From a virus (Duplodnaviria > Caudoviricetes), in IMG/VR virus record IMGVR_UViG_3300043432_000237, positions 61,037 to 125,036 of that record: a DNA stretch of 64,000 nucleotides. The stretch is one strand, 5' to 3'. The position numbers and the translations under genes were made by a program. Below, one piece after another: positions 46,471 through 56,295 of this stretch (within the stretch, counting starts at the first letter, position 1; every line of letters starts with the position of its first letter). The notes under the pieces are model-generated. The model was not told where the DNA came from. It searched no databases and was given only the letters and a program-made list of their open reading frames with translations.

Positions 46471-49115
46471 GGCGTCCCCGCCGTGAGCGCCGTGAGCGCT
46501 CGTACCACCGCCGACCCCACTCGCGTCGTGGGCTCCCAGGTCACCACCGTCACCACGCTCTCGCCTGAGGAAGCGTCCCGCTCTTTGATTGCTTCCAGTG
46601 ACTCAAACGCCGTCGGCAAGTCGGCTACGCTTCCATCGTCCCAGGTCACTCTCCAAGAATCTGCCAGCTCGGTTACTGTGACCCTGCGCCTCGTCACTTT
46701 TGGTTTTGCTACCGCGTTCGGAATGTGCTTGACCGCTCCGCGCGGAAGCGGCTTCCTGGCGTTCGGGGTATGCTCCTCAGCCGCGCGCAAGCGATTTTCC
46801 TGCTCCGCGCGCTCGATCTCCCCCTGGTAGTTCCAGCGCGCGTAGGCGACTGCGCGCGCGTAGTCTCCGAGGCGCGCGTATTCGTAAGCGTGAGCGCGCA
46901 GCCATTCGTCCGGGTCGCGGTGCGCGAAGGCCGCCCGGATCACCTCGTTCAGCTCGCCGAGGTTTTCGTCCGCGTTCAAAGCGCGCGGATCCAGCCGAAA
47001 CATGTTGCCGCTATCGTAATTCACGACCTCGTAGCGCAGAGTGTTTGCGTCGGGGTCACGCAGAGTCACTCCTTTCAGGTTTCCGTAGTACACGACGTCG
47101 TCGTTGTAGACGTACTCGAACGGAGCGCCGCCCGTGAGATGGGAGTAAGGCTCTCCGCCGGGCTCTGGCGGCACGAAGCCGACGTCCCGCGCTTGCCCGC
47201 CACGCGGGCGCTCGACTCGCCCCGGAACTGACACCTTGCGCGGGCGTGCAGCCGCACGCTCATCCTTGAGCTTCTTCTCCTCGGCTGACACGATGCGCTT
47301 GATGGCGCGCAGCTGCTTTTCTTTGCCTGAGCACTTGGCAAAGTTTTTGGTCACTGCGCTGGCGAATGACTCGTTGTGGTAGGCGACACCGTCCGCCATG
47401 TGCGTGCACTCGTGCACGGCGGCGGCGTAGAGCCACATGAAGTGATCGTTGTCTGACAGCGACCAGATCTCGTCGCTGATACTCGGATCGGCGCGCACGA
47501 ACGGGTTGAGCATCAGCCAGTGGCCGTCGTCCTGTCGGTACTCGGCGTCGCGGTCTTCCGCGATCACGAGACCGACGCCGTACTGCTCCTTGCTGCCCAG
47601 CTGGATGAGCACAAAGCGGCACATCTCGGCCCAGCAGCGCACGAGCCTGCGCACCGCGGCCGTCATGTGCTCCGGGTAGAACTTCTTCGGGACCTTGTAG
47701 CCCTCGACCTCGTTCACCAGGAAGTAGTCCGGCTGCCAGGCCAGCTGGCGGCACGCGGCCTCCATCTGCTGGGCTCCCGAGAACGGCAGGCCCTCCATCA
47801 TGGCGGTGGCCAGCTCGGCGTTGGCCGCTACGCTGACGACCTCCGTGGTCGGTTGCTCGGCAGTGAAGCGGGAGAGAGCCTCGATCAGACTGCCCAGCTG
47901 GTCGGTGCTCAGTTCGCGCGTGCTCTTCTCGCGCGGCTTGCCGAGCGGCTCCATTGCGCCCAGCTGATCGAGCATGACGGCTTCGCGCTCGCGCGAGATG
48001 CCCTGGAACTTCTTGCCGGTGTCGTACTTTTTCTGCACCAGGCCCTTCTCTTTGCGCAGGGCGCTCGACACGTCTGCGCTCAGCTCGCTCAAGTACTGGC
48101 TGATGGCCAGCTTGATCGAGGCGCCGAAGCTGCCGTAGTTGCCCCGGAAGCCGTCACGGTTGCTCGTTAGCACCTCGGTCGAGCGCGCGTAGATTTCCAC
48201 GATCAGCTGGCCAGGGATCTCGGACGGCACCCATTCGGTGAACATCGCCAGCGAAGCCCCGTTGGCCTGGTTGTGGATGCGCACGACCATGCCGCCGTAG
48301 ATCTTCTTTTTCTTATCGTAGAACAGACTGGCGGCGCCCTGCAGATCTCGGATCTTGTCAGCCACCCTGAGATCTGCTTTCACGCGCTCGCCATCGACGA
48401 TGAAACGCACTCCGGGCACCGAGCACTTGCCGATGTAGGCCATCGCGATGGAGGACGAGGTTGCGTTGTCCGACGGCATGACCACCGTCAAGCGCGTCCC
48501 TTGTCTCATGGGAGCCGGGAAGGTCTTGTAGTCGCTACCCGATCCTTTCATCAGCACGTCGCGCGTGTGCATCTCGTAGGAGATCCAGGGCAACACCAGC
48601 AAGCGCTTGGCCTCCCCGAAGCCGCCCGTGGTGGCCGTGCTGCCCTTCTTGCCGGTGCCCTTGAACCTCATGAACACGCCGCGCAGCGTCTCCTTGTCCA
48701 TGCCCGAGCCGTTGTCCTCGCAGGTCACCTCCACGCCGCCGTCGTCGCGCGTCTTGACTGTGCACAGGATCTCGGTGGCGCCTGCGTCGATGCCGTTCTG
48801 GATGGCCTCGCGCCACCAGGCTTCCTTCCAGTTCGAGTAGTCGTCCAGGGCACCCGCGAAGAAGTCGGGGCCCATGATCATGGTGCCGCCCTCGCCCTCA
48901 CCTTCGCTTTGGTTGGGCTGGTAGCCGTCAGCGTCGACCAGGACCGCGAGTTCCTTCTCCCCGTCCAGCAGGTAGCGCTCGCCCAGCAGCTTGGCCTCAC
49001 CCGCCGTCACCAGCGCGCGGAGCTGGCCGTAGGCCGGGTGCAGGGACTTCGCACGGTAGATCCCCGGTGGGATGGCTTCGTTCGGGGCAATGTCGGTCAG
49101 CTCGATGACTCGCAT
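46467..49115 (-). CDS. GHKL ATPase plus zincin (HExxH) mosaic protein
   Basis: REAIQNGIDAGA, EDNGSGM, GGFGEA, GT (GHKL); AVHECTH...YHNESF; PN linkers at both ends. Confidence 0.9.
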   Translation of the reverse strand: MRVIELTDIAPNEAIPPGIYRAKSLHPAYGQLRALVTAGEAKLLGERYLLDGEKELAVLVDADGYQPNQSEGEGEGGTMIMGPDFFAGALDDYSNWKEAWWREAIQNGIDAGATEILCTVKTRDDGGVEVTCEDNGSGMDKETLRGVFMRFKGTGKKGSTATTGGFGEAKRLLVLPWISYEMHTRDVLMKGSGSDYKTFPAPMRQGTRLTVVMPSDNATSSSIAMAYIGKCSVPGVRFIVDGERVKADLRVADKIRDLQGAASLFYDKKKKIYGGMVVRIHNQANGASLAMFTEWVPSEIPGQLIVEIYARSTEVLTSNRDGFRGNYGSFGASIKLAISQYLSELSADVSSALRKEKGLVQKKYDTGKKFQGISREREAVMLDQLGAMEPLGKPREKSTRELSTDQLGSLIEALSRFTAEQPTTEVVSVAANAELATAMMEGLPFSGAQQMEAACRQLAWQPDYFLVNEVEGYKVPKKFYPEHMTAAVRRLVRCWAEMCRFVLIQLGSKEQYGVGLVIAEDRDAEYRQDDGHWLMLNPFVRADPSISDEIWSLSDNDHFMWLYAAAVHECTHMADGVAYHNESFASAVTKNFAKCSGKEKQLRAIKRIVSAEEKKLKDERAAARPRKVSVPGRVERPRGGQARDVGFVPPEPGGEPYSHLTGGAPFEYVYNDDVVYYGNLKGVTLRDPDANTLRYEVVNYDSGNMFRLDPRALNADENLGELNEVIRAAFAHRDPDEWLRAHAYEYARLGDYARAVAYARWNYQGEIERAEQENRLRAAEEHTPNARKPLPRGAVKHIPNAVAKPKVTRRRVTVTELADSWRVTWDDGSVADLPTAFESLEAIKERDASSGESVVTVVTWEPTTRVGSAVVRALTALTAGTP

Positions 49116-49170
49116 GGTGCTCAGTTTCGCCCGAGCACGGGGCGGCCGGCAAGTTGCCGCTCGGCCGCTG

Positions 49171-50052
49171 TCAAGTCCAGTGATTCAGGGCGTTCCGGAT
49201 GCTCGCGTCCATCTGCTCGACCGTGCGGTGCTCGCGAATCATCGCCATCCCCAGCTCCGACAGCTCGCGGGCGTACGCCGGGCCCTCGCCGGGATCCAGC
49301 AGCCGTTCGAGCGCGCGACGACGGGCAGCCGGGTCATCGTCGAGCGCGGTGTACGCCGCGGGCAGCTCTTCCGACAGGTCGCCCCAGCGCGTACCGACCA
49401 GCGGCACACCACGAGCCAGGCACTCGTGCTGGGCCAGCCCGAAGCCCGCCCAGGTCGGCAAGGGAGTCACGTAGGCCGCGCAAGCCCGCTCCAGGTCGGT
49501 GCGAGCGGAACCCTCCAGGATGCCGTTGGCGTGCCCCTGGCCGTACCACTCGAAGGGCAGCCCGCGCACTAGCTCTTCGATCAGGCCGATGTACTCCGAG
49601 CGCGCGGTCGTGGGGCGATTCAGCAGCGTCCAGATCCGGGGTGCCCACTCTTGCCAGATCGGCTCGACCTGGTAAGCCGGCGTCACGGTCGCAATGCGCA
49701 TCTGCGGGCGCCGCGCTCGATGCAGCTCTCCCACTCGTCGTGAAAAGGTCAACGCGCACCGATCTCCGTGCGGAGGAGTCAGGTTCTCGTTGCCGTTGTG
49801 TAGCATCCAGACCCGCTCGGCGCGCGGAAACAAGTTGCCCGCCCGGCCCCACTGGTTGGGTGTGCATACGAGCACGTAGTTGACGTCCCGCGGATTGCCT
49901 GCGTAGGTCGACGCCTGCAGCCAGCGTAGCTCGGCAAGCTGGTCAGTGTCGTAGAGGTCAGTGACCCAGAATTGCCAGGCAGTGGACTGGTGGAGAATGT
50001 TCAGGAGGGTGGGCGACTGCAGCGCCGCGACGACGATCGGGCCGTCACTCAT
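49171..50052 (-). CDS. GT4-like (GT-B) glycosyltransferase
   Basis: GFGLAQHECLARGVPLVGT..G.L.E; start MSDGPIV. Confidence 0.75.
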   Translation of the reverse strand: MSDGPIVVAALQSPTLLNILHQSTAWQFWVTDLYDTDQLAELRWLQASTYAGNPRDVNYVLVCTPNQWGRAGNLFPRAERVWMLHNGNENLTPPHGDRCALTFSRRVGELHRARRPQMRIATVTPAYQVEPIWQEWAPRIWTLLNRPTTARSEYIGLIEELVRGLPFEWYGQGHANGILEGSARTDLERACAAYVTPLPTWAGFGLAQHECLARGVPLVGTRWGDLSEELPAAYTALDDDPAARRRALERLLDPGEGPAYARELSELGMAMIREHRTVEQMDASIRNALNHWT

Positions 50053-51010
50053 CGTCCTGCTCGCGAATGATCCTGTCGCGTGATCGGTTGTGCTCGTCCC
50101 AGTCGACGTCGAGCGGGAGGGGCTGAGCAACGGGATCGGTGGGCGGCGCTGGATCGGTGTCTCCGGTGGGCTCGACCAGAGGAGGCAGCGACCAGTCGGC
50201 CAGCGCGTACCGAATGCTGGGCGTGATGGCGCGCAGGCTGCCCGCGTAGGCGTCGATGTTGGCCTGGCGACCCTCTGCGGTCTTGGGGTCGTGGAAGCCG
50301 GTGAAGTAGCCCTTGGAATACATGGCCGAGGCGAGCTGCTGCTCGGTGCCCGCTGGGTTGTCCAGCACCGCCTTGGCCGGCTTGCCGTTGCCCGCCAGCA
50401 GGTGCAGAAAATATTCGCAGCCGTCCGCCGGTGTCGCGAACGCCGCGAACCAGACGAAGTAGGGCACGTTGCCCCCTGAGACCGGCCGGCTGTCGCAGTG
50501 GATGTGCGCCCGGGGCACCGTGATGCCCGCCAGCGAGCCCGAGGCGAGGCCCAGGCCCGACGCCAGGATGGCTGCCTCGGCGTTGGCCGCGCGCTGATTG
50601 TGCCCGGCGCCCACGGTCGGCAACCAGGGCGCGACCTGCGCCAGCTCGGCCTGGTTGAGCGGCAGCTTCTGCCCGGTAGGCGTGACCCAGACCACCACGT
50701 GAGTGCCCTGGAAGGTCAACGTGCCCCGCAGCGCCTGCCCCGACGCTGTGAGCTGCTGGCTGGCCTGTTGCGCGATGGCGGCGTACTCGGCCGCGTTGAC
50801 GGCTCGGAAGGTGCACGCGCCCCAGTTGTTCTCGTCGTCGGCCGTGTTCGGGATCTTGTCGGGACCCGGCCAGGCGTCCCCACAGCGCGTCTCGTGCTGC
50901 GCCACCGACAGCCCGAGCACCACTGCGTGCTGCGTCGGATCGTTTCCGAAACGACGCCGCCAGGCAGTGACGAACGCATTGGCCTTCTGGTGCCACCGAG
51001 ACAGGGTCAT
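50045..51010 (-). CDS. lysozyme-fold wall hydrolase (glucosaminidase/FlgJ-like)
   Basis: AQHET.CG..W, NNWG, FAAF.TPADG, MYSKGYFTG, Y...L. Confidence 0.65.
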   Translation of the reverse strand: MTLSRWHQKANAFVTAWRRRFGNDPTQHAVVLGLSVAQHETRCGDAWPGPDKIPNTADDENNWGACTFRAVNAAEYAAIAQQASQQLTASGQALRGTLTFQGTHVVVWVTPTGQKLPLNQAELAQVAPWLPTVGAGHNQRAANAEAAILASGLGLASGSLAGITVPRAHIHCDSRPVSGGNVPYFVWFAAFATPADGCEYFLHLLAGNGKPAKAVLDNPAGTEQQLASAMYSKGYFTGFHDPKTAEGRQANIDAYAGSLRAITPSIRYALADWSLPPLVEPTGDTDPAPPTDPVAQPLPLDVDWDEHNRSRDRIIREQDDE

Positions 51011-51672
51011 GAGCGCCTCTTTCCTGCCATCCGAACCGTCCTCTTGCTAGCGGTGTACGTCGCGCGGGGCAGCTCTCCCGGGGCGACTTCAGCCAGCTTT
51101 GCCTCGTCGAACACGCGCACCGGTCGCTGGGAGCGCTGGTGTAGCATGTCTGCCGTGACGATGGCGTCTTGCAGACTCAGGCCGCTGCCTTCCTCGTAGC
51201 CGTCGCGCCCACTGAACTCCCACACCGCGTACGTGCGCGCGTCCTGGTTCGACTCGTAGCCGCCGAAGTCTTTGGCGAGCTTCCACGCCTCGTCCATCGA
51301 AAGGTTTTGGTGCTGCTCGACGCCGTTCAGGGCGACGTTGATCCCGGACTTCCCTTCGTAGAACTCCAGGATGTCGTCGTTGGGTTTCGTCAACGCGGCG
51401 GCGCCCCAGAGCGACTGGTAGGCCCAGATCTGCTGCAGCGCCGCGTGCTCGATCTGTTCCTGCAGATCGCGCGGCAGCGTGCGAGGGGTCGGCGGCTCAT
51501 TCGGGTCCGCGTAGTCGCGCAGCACCCGAGGGTCGACCCCGGCGTCCTGGGCAATCAAGATCAGACCCGCGCTGGGCGGATCCGGCATCGAGAGCCAGCT
51601 GTCCAGCTCCTCCAGTAGGAACTCGCGGTAGTACTCTGCTTGCTCACGTGCCGACATGCCGTCATCTCCCAA
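51007..51672 (-). CDS. hypothetical protein
   Basis: 221 aa; internal TKPN. Confidence 0.7.
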   Translation of the reverse strand: MGDDGMSAREQAEYYREFLLEELDSWLSMPDPPSAGLILIAQDAGVDPRVLRDYADPNEPPTPRTLPRDLQEQIEHAALQQIWAYQSLWGAAALTKPNDDILEFYEGKSGINVALNGVEQHQNLSMDEAWKLAKDFGGYESNQDARTYAVWEFSGRDGYEEGSGLSLQDAIVTADMLHQRSQRPVRVFDEAKLAEVAPGELPRATYTASKRTVRMAGKRRS

Positions 51673-51955
51673 GCGCCTTCAGCTCTTGGATAAGCTGCGG
51701 TGCCTGGTAGAGGGTATATCCGATCCCGGCGATGGCAGCAGCTATCGAGACGGCGCTGTCCAGTCGTGACCGTGCTGGTGGTCGAAATCCAGCAGCCCAG
51801 TAATGCGCGGACGCGAAGTCGTCCTCTTGCTCGTCGCTGGTGTAGGTGCTCGTGCGGCTGTCCAGCACGTGATCGACCACGGCCTTGCCCAGCGCGAAGC
51901 CGCCGACCACCACGGCGCCCACCACCAACAGCTTGGCGTTGTCCTCGGCGCTCAT
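51662..51955 (-). CDS. small two-TM membrane protein
   Basis: Two hydrophobic helices; GGAG RBS. Confidence 0.7.
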   Translation of the reverse strand: MSAEDNAKLLVVGAVVVGGFALGKAVVDHVLDSRTSTYTSDEQEDDFASAHYWAAGFRPPARSRLDSAVSIAAAIAGIGYTLYQAPQLIQELKALGR

Positions 51956-51958
51956 CGA

Positions 51959-53224
51959 TCACAGCTCCGCCCAAATGATAGCCGCCAACACGGCATCTCC
52001 GGCGCCGCCGGTGGCTGTCTGCGCGGCGACCACAAACTCGTCCGACGTGGTGGCGGCGTAGTCGGCCGGCATCAGTGTGAGCTGCTGAGGCAACGTGGCC
52101 AGCTGCGAGCTGGTGCGGCCTTGCGAATACCCCGAATACAGCAAACGCCCGTTCGTGAGGATCTCGGTGCTACTGATGTCGTACTGCATGCCGGACTCAC
52201 CGGTCGAGACGTCGACCCAGGTCGGCGCGGTACCAACACCTCGGGTTGGGTTGCGCAGAAGCCGCCAGAGCACCGTTCCGTTGGCGGTGGTGTCGTGCAC
52301 CTCGATTTGCTGCAGCGTCATCGCACGGGTTTGGTACCCGGCTTTCCACCGGATCGCGATCACTGATACCAGCGATCCGACGGGCGCAGTGCGGGCGGCG
52401 ATGCCGCGATCCGCCGACCATACTCGGCCCACCTGGTCCTGGCCGCCTTCGCTCATGACCGACGTGCAAATGCACTCCAGCGTCGCGGTTCCTCCAGGAC
52501 CCGCCGCCACGCGCGCGATCTCGTAGCGCGCTGGCAGGTTCGGGGTCTGCATGTAGACCGAGGTGATGATGTTGTTCGGGTTCTTGAAGACGTGCACGTA
52601 CGTGATCCCCACCGCGGTCACGAACGCCACGCGCACCAACCCGACGCCCAGCCACTCGTAGTCGATGATCAGGATTTGCGGCTTGGTCAGGTCGAGCGTT
52701 TGCCCACTGGGTCCCGTGCCATCCAGCTTGTCCAGGTTCCACGCGCTCTGCGGCGCAAACTCTGCATCCGACGGCGCGCCACTCACGCTGCTGCGCTGCA
52801 CGAGCCGCAGGTCGGTGCCGTTCTGCTCCAGATAGATCCCGTCGTTGACCGAGAAGATCCCCGCTCGACGACGCAGCGACGAGTGTGCCGCCCCAAACAC
52901 GAACGTCATGAACACCAGCTGGCTTTTTCCCGGCTGGTAGTTGAAGTACTGCCGGGTCTGCCGGATGTATGAGTCTCCGCTGGCCGAGGTGACGATCAGC
53001 GTCGTGGACGCACGGGGCTTGCTGTAGCTGTACGATCCTCCGCCGGTGCCCGTCAGCCACCAGCTGCGCACGTCGCCGTCGTACACCTGCTTGCTGTCGA
53101 ACAGCGTCTTCGGGCTGCTGACACGCAGTCGCCCAAACGCATCGGCGGCGCTCAGTGCGAAGTCGATGTGATCAGGATCGATCGCGGACGCGCGTGGGTT
53201 GCCAACGTCGATCTGTAGGGACAT
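51959..53224 (-). CDS. probable virion structural protein
   Basis: DAFGRLRVS.P.TLFDS, RQT..YF.YQPGKS, Q..WN.D.LDGTGPSG, EWLGVG.V, PNLP.RYEI; family I recall from phages and large DNA viruses. Confidence 0.75.
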   Translation of the reverse strand: MSLQIDVGNPRASAIDPDHIDFALSAADAFGRLRVSSPKTLFDSKQVYDGDVRSWWLTGTGGGSYSYSKPRASTTLIVTSASGDSYIRQTRQYFNYQPGKSQLVFMTFVFGAAHSSLRRRAGIFSVNDGIYLEQNGTDLRLVQRSSVSGAPSDAEFAPQSAWNLDKLDGTGPSGQTLDLTKPQILIIDYEWLGVGLVRVAFVTAVGITYVHVFKNPNNIITSVYMQTPNLPARYEIARVAAGPGGTATLECICTSVMSEGGQDQVGRVWSADRGIAARTAPVGSLVSVIAIRWKAGYQTRAMTLQQIEVHDTTANGTVLWRLLRNPTRGVGTAPTWVDVSTGESGMQYDISSTEILTNGRLLYSGYSQGRTSSQLATLPQQLTLMPADYAATTSDEFVVAAQTATGGAGDAVLAAIIWAEL

Positions 53225-53228
53225 GCAG

Positions 53229-53816
53229 TTACTCGCTCGTTACCGACACCGGCAGCAACATGAAGCTCGCCGGGACCGGCAAACGCAAGCCGCACTTGCT
53301 GACCTGGTGCGGCGTCGTGATCTTGCGACCGGTTTCGCACCACTTGTTGGTGGGTTGCTTCTGCACGCTGACGCGCAGCCCGCGCGCCGCCAGCCAGGAC
53401 GCAGGCTCGATGGCAGCAATGGTCGGCTCACCCGTCGCGCTGCGCGACACACCGAACACGCTGAAGCGCAGGCGGTCCGACAACCCGATCTGCTGCCCGA
53501 TGCCCACCGACTGGCCCTGGGCGACCTGCACCAGGAGCTTGGATGCGCCTTCGTAGACCAGGATGACCGGCTCGTGCGCCGAAGCGAGGTGCACGAAATC
53601 CGGACCGGCAGCGATCACGCGGCCCGACACCAGGCCGAAGACGGGCTGCTGTTGACCGGGGCTCTGCACGACCATCGCCGGATCGCAGCTGGAATCCGCC
53701 GCGCAGCTGACCACCCGCCCGGACAGCACGACGGCCCGGTGAGGATGGTAGAAGACACGAGCGCCAGCGCCGAGCGCCAGCGCCGACCAGGCCAGGGCAA
53801 CCAGGGGAAGAGCCAT
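53229..53816 (-). CDS. N-terminally anchored degenerate M23-like protein
   Basis: PVFG..SGRV, V.QGQSV..GQQIG, L.F.V, IEPASWL; Zn ligands not evident. Confidence 0.55.
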   Translation of the reverse strand: MALPLVALAWSALALGAGARVFYHPHRAVVLSGRVVSCAADSSCDPAMVVQSPGQQQPVFGLVSGRVIAAGPDFVHLASAHEPVILVYEGASKLLVQVAQGQSVGIGQQIGLSDRLRFSVFGVSRSATGEPTIAAIEPASWLAARGLRVSVQKQPTNKWCETGRKITTPHQVSKCGLRLPVPASFMLLPVSVTSE

Positions 53817-53870
53817 CCTGGTATCCTAAGCGCGACCGGGCGCGGTTTCCAAAAATCTGCGCGACTGGGC

Positions 53871-54134
53871 CTAGGAGACCTTGATTCCTGCTACCGCGAT
53901 GTTGATTGGGGCGTTTGGACCGGGGTAGTTCGTGCCTGCTCGGTCAGGGGTACTGGGGACGGTCCAGTCGTACCGCAGACCATTCACCGAGTCGTTGGCC
54001 TGCATGATGTAGTAGATGAGTGGAGCGCCAACGATGGAGGCCACGAACGGCAGCACCGCAGACTGCTCCAGAAAGGGCTCCACCACCTCGTAGTACGGGG
54101 CCAGCTCCACTTCGTAGGCGTTGACGTTGGCCAT
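53871..54134 (-). CDS. small hypothetical protein
   Basis: 87 aa. Confidence 0.6.
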   Translation of the reverse strand: MANVNAYEVELAPYYEVVEPFLEQSAVLPFVASIVGAPLIYYIMQANDSVNGLRYDWTVPSTPDRAGTNYPGPNAPINIAVAGIKVS

Positions 54135-54145
54135 GCTCTATCTCA

Positions 54146-55243
54146 TCACGCGAGTGTGATTGCTGTCGTGTTCCAGGGGAAACACAGATCCCCCAACACG
54201 GTGAGGTTGCGCGTGCCGGCAGCGGGGATCCCGTCCCCCTCGGCGAGCTGCGACTGCATCCACCAGAGGTCACGCACCTGCCCCAAGTAGCCGCGTCCGT
54301 TCACGATGGGGATGCTGCTCGGGAACGCTTGGCCAGGGCGCACGTAGGCTCCCACACGAAACATCGGCCACGCGCTCGCCATGTCATTGATCACGGTCGG
54401 TCCGGTGACCAACGAGGTGCTGCCGTAGTACTCCGTGTGCAGCAGAGTCAGTGCGGGGTTGCTGTTGATGCAGGCCAGGTTGACTTGGTTGGCAGCGTTC
54501 GCGAGGTTGGCTTGCACCAAGTCGCTGCTCGCCATTACCAGCGTCGCGTCGCCGCCGCCGATTTGGCAGATCGCCGGAGATGTCCACGCAGCGGGCGCGT
54601 TTTCTAGCTCGTCGATCAGCCAGAGCCCGGACGCGAACCCGTTGCGACAGACGATGGCGCGGAAGGCCTTGCCGTCGCTCGACTTCATCACGTGAAGCAC
54701 GCTGGCGCCGTTGGTGCTCGGACCACCCCAGTTGTAGGCCGCAGCCACAGGGTAAGCGCTCGCGTTTGACCCAGAGATAGCCACCGCCGCACCCGTAGGA
54801 GCTGCGGTAGCTGTCCCGTTGGTGTAGAGCGTGGTCGACCAGCCCGGATGGACCCTCCACGACCCGGTGCTGTTGCTCAGGTCGAGATAGAGGTAGTAAG
54901 GCCCTCCAGTGATCCCGGTTTGCTTCAGAACGATCCAAGAATGGTTCGAGCCTGGTGCGGCCCAGATCAGCTTGGCGTTTGTGTCCCAGCGGTCCACACC
55001 GTCGTTGTTGCCGAAGCTGCCGGCACCGCCGCTTCCGTCACACGAGCTGACGACAGTCCAGTTGCCGCTTGACGCAGTGGCTCCGTTCGAGGGATCCGTC
55101 CAAGCACCTGTGCCCAGCATCGCGTTCTTGATCGAGCGCACAGCCAAAGCGTTTGTGAGCAATACCGTGGCCTGAGCTGCAATGGCGACGTTCACCTGGA
55201 ACTGCCAGGTCCGATAGAGCGCAGGCTGGGCGAAGTTGGCCAT
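54146..55243 (-). CDS. putative virion fibre/spike protein, paralog 1
   Basis: RTWQF, WTVVSSCDGSGG, DGVDRW, HSWIVLKQTG, MKSSDG; G/A/T/S/N-rich. Confidence 0.7.
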   Translation of the reverse strand: MANFAQPALYRTWQFQVNVAIAAQATVLLTNALAVRSIKNAMLGTGAWTDPSNGATASSGNWTVVSSCDGSGGAGSFGNNDGVDRWDTNAKLIWAAPGSNHSWIVLKQTGITGGPYYLYLDLSNSTGSWRVHPGWSTTLYTNGTATAAPTGAAVAISGSNASAYPVAAAYNWGGPSTNGASVLHVMKSSDGKAFRAIVCRNGFASGLWLIDELENAPAAWTSPAICQIGGGDATLVMASSDLVQANLANAANQVNLACINSNPALTLLHTEYYGSTSLVTGPTVINDMASAWPMFRVGAYVRPGQAFPSSIPIVNGRGYLGQVRDLWWMQSQLAEGDGIPAAGTRNLTVLGDLCFPWNTTAITLA

Positions 55244-56295
55244 CAGAACACCTTCGGCTTGGTCGTGTTCCACGGGATAACGAGCGGGCCCATGGTGACC
55301 AGCGAACGGGAGTAGTTGTCAGGAAAGCTCTGGCCGCACGGGACCACGTCGCTGCCCCACCACAAATCCACCAGTGAACCCATGTGTCCGCGTGCAGCCG
55401 GAGCACTGGTGATGGCACCCCAGGCTCCGACCGCCATGAGCTGGTTAGCTGCAGCCACGTCGTTCCACATCGTACGATCCACAGCGAGTAGCGCGACGTT
55501 GGCATTCGAGGCGAACTTGCTACCCTCACCAGACAGCACCCCGTAGATCGTGTTGCCCCCGACTGTTCGAGCGAAGCTCTGAGGCGTCTGCGTGAGGCTG
55601 TTGGCTCCGATGTTGTTTGCTGCCGACTGGCTCCAGGCGCTAGCGAACAAGTCGCTCTCCACGTTCGTGGTGGCGTCTAGCATCGTTTCGATCAGCCACA
55701 CACCATTGAGCCCGGTTTGATACGTGGTGAAAACCCGGGTCGCGCGTCCATCGTCCGACATCAGAATGTGAAACCGAATTGGCGCGCCTCCACCACTGCC
55801 CCAGTAGGTGAAGTTGCGCATCACCTGCTCGTCGGCAGCCGTTGGCTTGGACGTCGCATTGCCCCCCGTGTAGCCGACCTTGCTCACCGACATGTAGATG
55901 GTGTTCGAGTCGGATCCCGAGTTCTGCAGGGCCAGCAGCCAGTACAGAGTGCCACTAGCAAGGCCCTGTGTGTTCTTCAGCACCATCCAGGAGTGCGTGG
56001 CACCGTCGGCGCTCCAGTCCAGGTCGGTGTAGACGCTCCACCGGTCCACACCGTCCCCTACTGCGCCGAAACTCACCCCGTTTCCGGAGTAGTCCACCGT
56101 CCAAAAAGTGGGCCCTGCTACGGCACCGCCTGCCTGGTCTGTCCACCCAAACTGCCCAGCTCCACCCTTCAACACGTTCTTGAGGGCCAATAGAGACTGC
56201 TGATTTTGTATCAGCACGCTGGACATCGGCGTGCGGCATAGGGTGCCTGTGTTGAACAGCCATCGGCGCGAGAAAGTCAGTGCTGCACTGGTCAC
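55243..56295 (-). CDS. putative virion fibre/spike protein, paralog 2
   Basis: RRWLF, WTVDYS, DGVDRW, HSWMVLKNT, MSDDG; GTG start 56295. Confidence 0.7.
   Translation of the reverse strand: MTSAALTFSRRWLFNTGTLCRTPMSSVLIQNQQSLLALKNVLKGGAGQFGWTDQAGGAVAGPTFWTVDYSGNGVSFGAVGDGVDRWSVYTDLDWSADGATHSWMVLKNTQGLASGTLYWLLALQNSGSDSNTIYMSVSKVGYTGGNATSKPTAADEQVMRNFTYWGSGGGAPIRFHILMSDDGRATRVFTTYQTGLNGVWLIETMLDATTNVESDLFASAWSQSAANNIGANSLTQTPQSFARTVGGNTIYGVLSGEGSKFASNANVALLAVDRTMWNDVAAANQLMAVGAWGAITSAPAARGHMGSLVDLWWGSDVVPCGQSFPDNYSRSLVTMGPLVIPWNTTKPKVF

Noticed and set aside
47800-48180. Relaxed linker matches LTSN and VAAN inside the GHKL protein
   Set aside because: They appear to lie within the folded region. 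Non-Pro variants of the motif are unreliable on their own and were not included in the 13-PN count.
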